41,390 nt of DNA from positions 1-41,390 of the forward strand of contig JBBISH010000050.1 of the NCBI GenBank assembly GCA_037441385.1. Direction: 5' to 3'. This document shows, piece after piece, positions 1 through 8,724 of the stretch (positions within the stretch are counted from its first letter, which is position 1; every line of letters starts with the position of its first letter). Under the pieces are notes generated by a model that had not been told where the DNA came from, made no database searches, and was given only the letters and a program-made list of their open reading frames with translations. The translations under genes and the position numbers were made by a program. The stretch comes from Myxococcales bacterium (GTDB lineage Bacteria; Myxococcota_A; UBA9042).

Positions 1-155
1 GGGTGCTCGGCCACATGGCGACCATCGTGCGCAACCGCTGCCGGACCAAGGGCGGCGACGAGACGTTTGACCTGGATACGCTGCCCAATCCGCTGCAGCG
101 GCGGGCGCTGGAACTGGTGGAGGGGATGCTGGTGTCACACGACGGCGATCGCTGA
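1..155 (+). CDS. IS1634-family transposase, C-terminal fragment (runs off window start)
   Basis: Frame from base 3 reads VLGHMATIVRNRCRTKGGDETFDLDTLPNPLQRRALELVEGMLVSHDGDR*, matching the IS1634-family C-terminal pattern (L..L.T..RN...F...T.P.PLQRRA.EL). Not in the ORF track. Confidence 0.7.
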   Translation, partial: VLGHMATIVRNRCRTKGGDETFDLDTLPNPLQRRALELVEGMLVSHDGDR

Positions 156-219
156 AATCCAGACATCGTATTGTTATTACATGGAAATGCGTGATCTCGA
201 AGCTGGAAGATCAGTCTAG
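1..219 (+). mobile_element. Right end of an IS1634-like insertion sequence
   Basis: Transposase stop at 153-155, an AT-richer tail, then GGAAGATCAGTCTAG (205-219), which resembles IS1634-type right ends finishing in CTAG. The left end is outside the window. Confidence 0.55.
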
Positions 220-1067
220 GGCACGGCCATGCACCCGCCGACGCACTCGACGCCGGTGCAGGGCACCGTGCACTGGTTTTGGCAGCCCGGGATGCCGCAC
301 GGGTAGCAACACACGAGCTCGGGATCGCACGGCGGCGAGCCATCCTGGCCGCACACTGCGCCCACTTGGCCGTACACAACGTCGCTAGCGTCCGTTGGCG
401 CGTCAACGCCGCCGGCGTCCGCCTCGCCCGTATCCGGGGAGGCACTGCTCGCGCCGGCATCCGTCATGCAGGGGAGCGAGCAGGGTCCGCCGCAGCCCAC
501 GGAATTGCACTGATTGCCTGAGTAGAACCACCCAATGCTGCAAGTCCATTTCCCGCCCTGGCAAAGGATGTCGCCGAGCTGGTCGCCACTGCAGCAACAG
601 TCGCCAGGTGGCCCACCGGCGCAGATGATGGCGTCGCCCGCGGAGTCGCCATCGATGTCACTGACCGTGTCGGTGCTGGCGTCCATGGTCGCGTCCCCGT
701 TGCTTTCGTCGATCGAGTCGCCGCTGCCCGAGCCGGCATCCATTGGGCAGGGCAGCGAGCAGGGGCCGCCGCACGGCAGTCCGTTGCATTGCTCGCCCAT
801 ATAGAAACTGCCCACGCTGCAGGTCCACTGCCCTGCGGTGCACAGGATCTGTCCGGCGACGTCGCCCGTGCAGCAGCAATCGCCGGGTGGCTTGGCGGCA
901 CACGCGCCGATGTCGGTGCTGGCGCCGCCACTGGTGGAGTCGGTGTCGCCAGGCGTAGCGTCGCTGCCGGTATCGCCGGGAGGGCTACCGCTGACCGAGC
1001 CGCTGGGCGTGGTGCACGCAGACGCGGCGAGCGCCAAGGCCATGAACAGCGCGCCAATCCTCGCCAT
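216..1067 (-). CDS. Cys-rich lipoprotein with a duplicated PPGDCCC module
   Basis: Lipobox-like signal (ALALAASAC), D/A/G/S/T-rich linkers, two ~55-aa repeats (CxxxPPGDCCCxGD...CGGPCSLPC) and a C-terminal CCYPCGIPGC module. Confidence 0.85.
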   Translation of the reverse strand: MARIGALFMALALAASACTTPSGSVSGSPPGDTGSDATPGDTDSTSGGASTDIGACAAKPPGDCCCTGDVAGQILCTAGQWTCSVGSFYMGEQCNGLPCGGPCSLPCPMDAGSGSGDSIDESNGDATMDASTDTVSDIDGDSAGDAIICAGGPPGDCCCSGDQLGDILCQGGKWTCSIGWFYSGNQCNSVGCGGPCSLPCMTDAGASSASPDTGEADAGGVDAPTDASDVVYGQVGAVCGQDGSPPCDPELVCCYPCGIPGCQNQCTVPCTGVECVGGCMAVP

Positions 1068-1261
1068 GTGGCCCTCGCATGTGCCGCTGAATGGGCGACC
1101 GAAGCAGCCTACGCCCGGCGCCCCGGGCGGGTCAAATCAGCGACGAGCGGCAGTCAGCAAGCGAGAACCCCGGATCCAGAAGATGCCCCCCCTCCTTTCA
1201 GAAGTTGCGGCCCCACGGCGGCAAGTCCGTGCCGCAAGGCGAGGCACCCCACACCCACTCA

Positions 1262-1393
1262 TACGGAATCGGTCCGAATCGGCTTGAAGGACTTCGGCAA
1301 TTCTTCGGGCTCGAACCGGGGCCCCGTCTGATTCTCGCCACTTACAGAACGGACTGGAGCAACCGTACAGGCGCAAATCAGGTGGGGTCCGTA
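1262..1393. mobile_element. 132-bp MITE-like repeat, family A, copy 1
   Basis: Reverse complement aligns with 5702-5833. Terminal inverted repeat TACGGA/TCCGTA, flanked by TCA on both sides (1259-1261, 1394-1396). Confidence 0.85.
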
Positions 1394-1564
1394 TCACGTG
1401 CAGCGGCGCGTACTTGTGCAAACGCGGCCCGTGCATCTTTGCGGGCCCATGGGGTGCGCACCGAAGACGCGGCACACCGAGCCACCTTGCTGCGCTTGCT
1501 CGCCGCTTGGCAGGTCACCGTGTTGGCCGTAGCCGGGCGTACACACATCCAAGCGGTGGCGCCG

Positions 1565-2947
1565 CTATTCGCAGGCCTTGATCTCGACGCAGACACCGCC
1601 GGCGCAATCGAGATTGGGCATGCAGTCCCACGCATGGTCGCAGGCCTCACCAACCTTGGCGAGCGACGTGCAGTTCTGGTTGGTGCACTTGGCCGTCGGG
1701 TCGCATTTGTTCTCGATGCACGGTTGACCAGCGGGTGGCGGCGCGACGCACACTTTGGTGGTCGGGTCGCACACCCACGGATCGACGCAAGTGAACCACG
1801 TCGCCGGGCTGCCAGGTTGAGGTGGCTCGCACGCCTGGCCCTTGGTGGGCAGGAGCGCACACTTACCGGCGGTGCACGCAGCGTCCACCCCGCCACACTG
1901 TTCGTTGGCGGTGCACTCGCCGCCGATCGCCACGACGGGCAGGCACACGTACTTGGTGAACTTGAGGCCGCACACGAGGCCGACCTGGCACTCGCCGGGT
2001 CCAAAGGGGCTGCTGCTGCAGGCCTGGTTGGCTGTGCCTGGGTACCCGCAGCTGTGCCCGGAGTACGCAGATTTGTTCGTTTTGCAGACCAGCCCGGCCG
2101 CACACCACTTTGGGGTCATGCAGTCGGAGCCGGAGTCGCCCCCCGTGGCGCATACTTTCAGGTCTGGCCGGCAGAAAAGGCCTGGGCCGCATTGCTCGTC
2201 GCCGAGGCACGCGTCGTCCGCAACGCCCGACAAGACCTGGCCACATTCGCCTTCCATGCACAACAACTGGTCGTCGCAATCGCTTGAATACGTGCAGGCG
2301 CTCCCTTCCTTGCCCAAGGGTGCGCACTTGCCACAACCGGTGCCGGGCTTGGCGCAGCGGCGTGATGTGCAGTACAGGGCGCTATCACATTCCTTGCCAT
2401 CGGGCAGGCTGCCGGTGAAGGTGGCCATGCACGCCGTCGGGTCCTTGTTGGGCTTGAAGTTCGCGCACGATGTGGCGATCGCCTGCACGCACGCGTACGC
2501 CTGCCCGGCGTCGTAGGAGGCCTTGCCAGACTGGACTGCGGCGACCGCCGTCGCATAGTGGCTGCTCGGACTCATTTGGGCCAACTGCAGCGTCGCCTTG
2601 CACGAGGCAGGATCGGCAAACAGCCTGATGCCCTCTGCCGCACACTTCTCGAGCGCCGAGCACCGGGCGGATACCATGGCGTCGAGGAACTGCGACATCG
2701 GCAAACTGCCAGTAGTCGCATCGCTGCTGCCGTCCGCGTTGGCCGGACTTGCGTCGCCCACGTTGCTGTCGGCGCCCTTGCCTGCATCGGGCGAGGGCAC
2801 GTCGCTGCCCATGCCGTCGGCACCCTTGCCAGCGTCGGCGCCGACGGCGTCGCCCGCTGCTGCACCGGTACTTGCGGCGTTGCCCCCGGAACAGGCCATG
2901 AGGCCCACGCCAACGGCAGTGAGCAGCGCCAGAGTCTTCCTTGGCAT
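1565..2947 (-). CDS. Cys-rich lipoprotein with Dickkopf-like/EB-like short Cys repeats
   Basis: Lipobox (GVGLMAC), low-complexity linker, helical Cys-containing domain, then tandem G..C.....C...L.C..G.C repeats typical of myxobacterial lipoproteins. Confidence 0.85.
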   Translation of the reverse strand: MPRKTLALLTAVGVGLMACSGGNAASTGAAAGDAVGADAGKGADGMGSDVPSPDAGKGADSNVGDASPANADGSSDATTGSLPMSQFLDAMVSARCSALEKCAAEGIRLFADPASCKATLQLAQMSPSSHYATAVAAVQSGKASYDAGQAYACVQAIATSCANFKPNKDPTACMATFTGSLPDGKECDSALYCTSRRCAKPGTGCGKCAPLGKEGSACTYSSDCDDQLLCMEGECGQVLSGVADDACLGDEQCGPGLFCRPDLKVCATGGDSGSDCMTPKWCAAGLVCKTNKSAYSGHSCGYPGTANQACSSSPFGPGECQVGLVCGLKFTKYVCLPVVAIGGECTANEQCGGVDAACTAGKCALLPTKGQACEPPQPGSPATWFTCVDPWVCDPTTKVCVAPPPAGQPCIENKCDPTAKCTNQNCTSLAKVGEACDHAWDCMPNLDCAGGVCVEIKACE

Positions 2948-3064
2948 TGAGCCACCTCATCTTGCAGGTACGCACGAGGCCCGCCAACCCGATACCACCC
3001 GGTACCGACGGCCGCAGCGCCTCCATCGCACGCGCCAAACCGGACCTTCCGGCCTCGGGCCCTG

Positions 3065-3094
3065 AGCCTACGCCCGCGAATGACCCCCCGTCAA
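3065..3094 (-). promoter_or_regulatory. Putative sigma70-type promoter
   Basis: Minus strand TTGACG-N18-TAGGCT, about 120 bp upstream of the 2947 start codon, inside the non-coding tail of the IS91 remnant. Confidence 0.35.
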
Positions 3095-3279
3095 CGCCAA
3101 TTTTCCCCTGAATTTCCAGCCAAAACGCCGGAACAGCCAAAGCTCCGCCGCGCAGCCCGTCGCTGACTGCCGCGGTCGCCGAAACCCCATCGGGTTTGCG
3201 CCATCCCCACTTCGGCCAAGTCCACCGGAGTCGCCCGATGCCTTCGGCAACGCGGGGCCCGTTGTATTCGGCGCCGGCT

Positions 3280-3600
3280 CCCTTGCTGGTCCTGCCCGGT
3301 CACGTCGACGTCCGCGGGAAGCAGCTCGCCCGGCGGCCCGCGCAGTGCTGGGTTTCTTGGCGCAAGACCGGTCGGGTCTCCTTGAGGCTGGGTCTCCTTG
3401 AGCACGACATCCGTAGGTACCCCAGGTGCCGCAGAGGCTGCCCCCGCGAAAGCGGCGGATCTTCTTGATCACCTCGGCCTGCGTGATCACCGCAATTAAC
3501 CGGCGTTTGCCCCCGCAGGGGCACGTCAAAACGTCGACGCTGGAGCTGAGGCGGCGCGCGTCGCTCCAACTAAGTCTTCGAGACTTCTCGGTTTCCGCCG
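3280..3600 (-). pseudogene. IS91-family (Y2/rolling-circle) transposase C-terminal remnant
   Basis: Minus strand reads RLSWSDARRLSSSVDVLTCPCGGKRRLIAVITQAEVIKKI, then after frameshifts LRHLG/VPT...RGPP. This matches the IS91-like C-terminus (W..LL.RVF..DVL.CP.CGG...LIA.I.....I.KIL.HLG.....RGPP). Boundaries approximate. Confidence 0.75.
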
Positions 3601-3778
3601 AATTACCCTCGCGAGTTCCTCGGCCTCTGTCAGCCCTGGCGCGTCGTCAGCCCTGTCTGAGGCCGACAGCCGCTTGCTGCGACACGCACCTGTCCGCCGT
3701 CGACGTGAGCGGGCCTTTCGTGCGGAGCAACGACACCGTTGGGAAGTGGATCAGCCTACATGCCGGCAATATGCCAAG

Positions 3779-5578
3779 CTAATTCGCAAATTTCCACACA
3801 CTGAGCTGACCATCCGACCTGGACACGAACAACCGCCCGTGCGCAACGGCCAGCCACCCGCCCCCATCAAGCGTGACGTCGGCCTCGTGCGTGGTCAGAT
3901 TCACGGCATAAGTGTGGTTCCCGCTGGTCACGTAGACGCGATTCGCGGTCACGACGGGCTGGCGTTTGAGCTCCGTATCGCCAATGAAATTCCACAGCAG
4001 GTTGCCGTCTTGTGAATTTAGCGCGTGCAATTGTCCTGCGTTCAGGGCATAGACGACCTTACCCGCCACGGCGGGAAAGTCGTTGTACATGGCTGACTTG
4101 GTTCACAGGATCGCGCCGGTGCTTGGCGAAAAGGCGTACAGGTTGGGCACCGCCACCACATAGCCCTGGGTCGCGTCGAAAACGGGAGCATTCTCCATCA
4201 TGTAGCCGCTAAACTGCGACGCCACCCCGGTCTCCCACAGCACTTTGCCGGTCTTGGGGTCGTGCGAACGCACATGGCCAGCAACAAAGGTGAAGATGTT
4301 GCCGCCAAATAGGGCTGGACTCCACGCGGACCAGGGTTCAAGGCCCGTGTAGAACAACTGCTGGTCCTGGCTGATAGAAAACGCATACATGCCGCCCGAG
4401 TTGCCGCCGTTGGTGTAGACCGTGTCGCCGACCACCAGCGGCGCCCAGTACTTGTCCCACTGTGCCGACATTGGGAATGCATGGAGGACCTTGCCCGTCG
4501 CGGCGCCGAGTACCCAGAGAAAGGTGCCAGGCGAGTTGTTGTTTTGCCCCACGAATACCTTGCCGCCCACGGCGGTCGGTTGCCCCACGGACGCAACTTG
4601 GCGAAAATCGTGCTGCCAGAGCAGTTGCCCAGTCGCTACATCGTAGGCCCGCAGAGTCTTGCCGTCGCTGGGCGAGATCGGGGTGACAAACAGCCGAGGA
4701 CCATCGATTGCGACCGGGTGATGCTGCCATGTACCCAACTTCACAGACCAATCGGCGGTCATCGGCAAATTGTCGGCCTCGGCCAGGGCGGCTCCGCTGT
4801 GTTGGTTGTCGGCACCCAGCGTGATCCACCCTCCAACTGCGGGGATGCTGCCGCCGGTGCCGCCGCACACGCCGGCCGAGCAGACTTGCCACTTGGTGCA
4901 CGATTTGTCGCAGGCACCGCAATGCGTTGCATCGGAAGCCAGATTCACGGCAGGCACGTCGTCGGTCTTGCCGTTGCAGTCGTTGTCAACTCCGTCGCAC
5001 ACCTCGGCCACAGGGCTTGCGGCCACACAGGCGCTCCAACCGGTGGCTCCGCAGGTGCGCGTGCCCGCACAGCCACCTTGGGCGATACAGGGCTTTGATG
5101 CGCCGATTGCCGCTGCGGTGCAGGTGCATGAGCCCGAATTCGGCACACAGTGCAGGTCTGTCTCCGTCGTCAGGCAGGTCGATCCAGCTGCGCAACTGCT
5201 GGCGCCCTGGGCATCGAGTTTGCAGGGAACGAGGCAAAATGGCCCCTCGCCGTCGACCTTGCCGCATGTGCCTCCCGCACAGTTCGCATCCACGGCGCAT
5301 GCTTGGCATTGCAGTGCACCATCCGGCAGGCACTCGGCTGGTCCGCCCGCCTTGGCCGTGAAACAAGCGAATCCCGCTGGGCACAGGCCGGCGCATGGGG
5401 TCGAGGCATCCTCCGACAGAGCGGCGTCGGCCGTTTCAACCGCCTCGGCATCTGGCGCTGGCGCGCTCGCAGTGGCTGCGTCGGCGGTGTCGAAGCCCGC
5501 CTCGATGTCCGCGACCTCTGCAGCCGTTGCAGCGTCGTGAACCACCGCCCCGGTCAGCGACTTCGTCCAGCGTTTCAA
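3779..5578 (-). pseudogene. Cys-rich protein with MopE-like metal-binding motif and PQQ-like beta-propeller, interrupted by an in-frame TGA
   Basis: ORFs 4103-5851 and 3779-4090 are in the same frame: ...STGAIL*TKSAMYNDFPAV..., with the stop where the other propeller repeats have W (TGQLLW, TGKVLW, DGNLLW). Contains EVCDGVDNDCNGKTDD and DATHCGAC motifs. Start uncertain (TTG at 5578 assumed); the called start at 5851 runs through MITE copy 2. Confidence 0.75.
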
Positions 5579-5701
5579 CTCCTCGACGGCCAAGCCCGAG
5601 CGGTTCTTATTCGCTACTATCACCGGCGACTCTGCGGCCACCAAGGCCATAGCCTGCCTGACGCTGGCCAACGCCATGGACGCCCCAGGCTTTGCCCCTA
5701 A

Positions 5702-5833
5702 TACGAACCCCGTCTGATTCACGCCTGTACGGCTTCTCTGACCCGGTATGCAACCGGCGAGAATCAGGCGGGGACCCCGGTTCGAGCCCGAAGAATTGCC
5801 CGAGTTTTCGATCCGATTCGGACGGAACTGGTA
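5702..5833. mobile_element. 132-bp MITE-like repeat, family A, copy 2
   Basis: Same length as copy 1, opposite orientation, flanked by TAA on both sides (5699-5701, 5834-5836). Internal hairpin CCCCGTCTGATTC...GAATCAGGCGGGG. Confidence 0.85.
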
Positions 5834-6016
5834 TAACCTGTGCGATCCCACTGGTTTGGCCGCGACGCTGCAGGGCCAGGCGGACGCTGTCGTGCAGCGA
5901 GTGGTGCAGTTGGGGCTGTAGCATGGACGGACTGAGAATGCTGGAATTGCTGGGAGTTGCCATCCGGCCGACTTAGGCTATGTGGCAAGTAGCAATACCT
6001 GACACCAACGCCACCT

Positions 6017-6195
6017 CCTGCCTTACCGGATAGCTACTAGCACCCTAGTTCTATTGGAAACCTGTGCGAACCGCGGCACTTAGCCCTCACCCCGCCGCCT
6101 GCGCCGGCCGCCCCCAGGGCGGGAGAGGGTGGACGGCAACGCCGGCCGGGTGAGGGGGCCGAACCGTGACCGCTGTCGGCATCCGGTAAGGCAGG
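6017..6195. mobile_element. MITE-like repeat, family B, copy 1 (179 bp)
   Basis: Perfect 15-bp terminal inverted repeat CCTGCCTTACCGGAT/ATCCGGTAAGGCAGG. First ~65 bp align with 28412 onward. Interior has a REP-like CCCTCACCC...GGGTGAGGG palindrome. No target duplication visible. Confidence 0.8.
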
Positions 6196-6243
6196 ACCAG
6201 AACATCCCAGAACTGAACGAGTGTACAGTACTTGGTCAGGTCT

Positions 6244-8724
6244 CTAGGGCGCGAACTCGACCGCCCCGATCTCGCATCCACTGCCCACCGGTCGGGCTTT
6301 GCCACACAGGTCCACCGCGCCAGCCGCTGCGCACACTCCCGTATCTGCACCGTCGAGCAGCGGCGAACCGGAGGCGGGCACGAACGCGAACAGGCCGTTG
6401 CACCAAGCCAGATCGCCGGCCCCGAGTGGTCCCTTCAGGGTCGCGTTGCACGAGCCGTCCTCCACCAGGTTGCTGACGGTGCCGAGCAAGGCCGAGGCAG
6501 CGCAGTCTCCGCCGCCGCTCGCGCTGCCCCCGACCACCGAGTTGCGCAGGTCGAGCGAACCGGTCGCCAGAATGCCGCTGACGTTCGGCGAGATGTTGCC
6601 GTAGAACGTGCTGTGGACGATGGTGACCTTGCCGGGTGCAGCGAGGCCGCCGCCGTTGGCGCTGGCGCTGTTGCTGGTGAATGCGGTGCTGGTGATGGCT
6701 GCCTTGCCCTGGACGTACATGCCCCCGCCGGTCGCCGCGGCGTTTCCTACGAACGCTGAGCGCGCGACTGTCGCGACACAACTCACCGAACAAACGATGC
6801 CAGCGCCGGACCCTGCGGTTGCGTTATTCGCAAACAGGCTGCGGGTGACTTCAAGGCTGGCGTCGGCGAAGACCGCGCCGCCCGCGTTGTCGGCGAAGGC
6901 ACAGTCGCTGAGCTTCGCCCCGGCCGCGGCATACACGCCGGCTCCCACGGTAGCTTGACAATTGCGTACTTGCACGCCCTGCATCGTCAAGGTGCCGGAT
7001 TCTTGCCAGACCCCGCCGCCTTGGGCGCCACCACTGCCGGCTTGCACGATCACGTTGGTCAGCGACAAGTTGGCCTGCGCGTGGAAAATCCGGGATTTGC
7101 CACCGCCGTCGATGGTGACGGCTGACCCTGGCGCGACAATGGCGACCGGGGCCGTGATGGTGGGCAGGGCCGAGGCCAGCGTGATGGTGCCCTCGACGTC
7201 GAGCCCGATACCGCCGCCCCCCTTGGCTAGGGCGGCGCCGATGGCTTCGCGGAGCGAACAGTGCTTGGCGTCGCAGGTGCCGTCGTCGCTGTCGTCCGGG
7301 GCGGTCACGGCGAAATCGCAAACCTTGCCCCCGGCCTTGCAGGTGCCGTCCACGCACAGGTCGCCCACCGTGCATGCGTTGCCGTCGTCGCAGCCGATGA
7401 CCGTCGGCGCGTGCACGCAGCCTGCGTTCTTGCCGCAGCTATCGGCGGTACAGGCGTTGCCGTCGTCGCAGTTGGGCTTGCTGGCACACGGGTCGGTGCA
7501 ATTGGGCCAAGTGCCTTGGCCGGGCGCACATGCACTGCAGTTCGCGCCCGCAAAGCCCGCGTCGCAGTCGCAGCCACCGGTCGCGGTTTGGCAAATGCCC
7601 TTGCCGCTGCACGCGTTGGCCTTGCCGGCGCAAAGGTCGGGCTGGCAGTTCGGGTAGCCGGCGAAGCCCACGTCGCACTGGTTGCAGCCGGCGCCGGTGT
7701 AGCCCACTTTGCAGGTGCACGCGCCGGTGGTGGCGTTGCAGGTGCCGTTGCCGGCGCAGGGATCGGGGTCGCAGGGATCCTTTTCGCAGCCGCCGCTGAC
7801 GCAGGTCTCGCCGGCCGCACAGGTGCCGCACTGGCCGCCGCAGCCGTCTTCGCCGCACAGTTTGCCGTCGCAGCTCGGCACGCAGCCGCAGTTGTTGACG
7901 AAATCGGCGCAGCAGGTGCCCGCCGCGGTGCAGGTGTTGCTGCAGCCGCAGCCGCTTGGCGCCTTGCCGCCGCAGTGGCCCAGGCACGAGCTTACTTCTG
8001 CGATTTCCGCGCACTGGCCAAATGTGCAGGTTTCGCCCTCGTTGCATGCGCCGCACGAACCGCCGCAACCATCCGGACCGCAACCCTTGCCCGTGCACTT
8101 GGGCGTGCAGGTGGCGACGCACTGGCCGTCCTGGCAGAACGGTGCGCCGGGGCTCAGGCATTGCCCGCAGGCGCTGCCGCAGCCATCCGGGCCGCAGGTC
8201 TTGCCTGAGCAGGCCGGCACACACTCGGCGCAGGTGCCGTCCGCCCCGCACTTGCCGCTGCCACAGTGGGCAACGGGCAGGGCGGCGTTTGCGCAGTCCG
8301 GGTCAAGGATGCCACACGCGCAGTCACACAATTCGCCATCGCCGAAGGCGCTAGGTGCGCACACCCAGCCGGCCGGGGCTCCGGCGGGCACGCATGCGCC
8401 TTCTGGCGAGCATTTCTGGCCTTTGGGGCAGCCGGCCCCGCAGCCGACGCCCACCGAGTCGCCGGCCGCAGCATCGGTCGGGCCGGTCCCGTCCAGGCCG
8501 CCATTGGCGTCGAATGCCGTGCCTCCATCGACCAGCACGCACACGCCCTTTTCCGCCACGGTGCCGGCCCCGCATTGCAGAGCTGAAGCGGTGGCGACGC
8601 ACTTGCCGTCTTTGGCCACGGTGCCCGCGCCACAGGTGGGGCCGCTTTCACTGCACGCCATCAAGAGGACTACGATCGCCAGCCAACCGCGCCGGGTCAT
8701 TTCAGCTCGCATGGGCCCTCTCAT
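6244..8724 (-). CDS. Cys-rich lipoprotein with EGF-like repeats, CSLREA domain and right-handed beta-helix (polymorphic membrane protein-like) C-terminus
   Basis: Lipobox (VLLMAC), 3 CGxDGCG repeats, somatomedin-B-like module, EGF/laminin-EGF repeats (CxCxxGYxGxxC), DDGTCDAKHCSLREAI, FxxNxAxxGGG repeats and C-terminal SPLLDG...CEIGAVE. Start overlaps the upstream stop (ATGA). Confidence 0.9.
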   Translation of the reverse strand: MRGPMRAEMTRRGWLAIVVLLMACSESGPTCGAGTVAKDGKCVATASALQCGAGTVAEKGVCVLVDGGTAFDANGGLDGTGPTDAAAGDSVGVGCGAGCPKGQKCSPEGACVPAGAPAGWVCAPSAFGDGELCDCACGILDPDCANAALPVAHCGSGKCGADGTCAECVPACSGKTCGPDGCGSACGQCLSPGAPFCQDGQCVATCTPKCTGKGCGPDGCGGSCGACNEGETCTFGQCAEIAEVSSCLGHCGGKAPSGCGCSNTCTAAGTCCADFVNNCGCVPSCDGKLCGEDGCGGQCGTCAAGETCVSGGCEKDPCDPDPCAGNGTCNATTGACTCKVGYTGAGCNQCDVGFAGYPNCQPDLCAGKANACSGKGICQTATGGCDCDAGFAGANCSACAPGQGTWPNCTDPCASKPNCDDGNACTADSCGKNAGCVHAPTVIGCDDGNACTVGDLCVDGTCKAGGKVCDFAVTAPDDSDDGTCDAKHCSLREAIGAALAKGGGGIGLDVEGTITLASALPTITAPVAIVAPGSAVTIDGGGKSRIFHAQANLSLTNVIVQAGSGGAQGGGVWQESGTLTMQGVQVRNCQATVGAGVYAAAGAKLSDCAFADNAGGAVFADASLEVTRSLFANNATAGSGAGIVCSVSCVATVARSAFVGNAAATGGGMYVQGKAAITSTAFTSNSASANGGGLAAPGKVTIVHSTFYGNISPNVSGILATGSLDLRNSVVGGSASGGGDCAASALLGTVSNLVEDGSCNATLKGPLGAGDLAWCNGLFAFVPASGSPLLDGADTGVCAAAGAVDLCGKARPVGSGCEIGAVEFAP

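Noticed and set aside
4103..4105. TGA recoding (Trp or selenocysteine)
   Set aside because: TGA is used as a normal stop elsewhere (ATGA/GTGA overlaps), Trp is TGG in other genes, and the site is a Trp rather than a Cys position.
5579..5851. Called N-terminus of the 582-aa ORF
   Set aside because: It runs through MITE-A copy 2 and has no signal peptide, so it is probably an artefactual extension.
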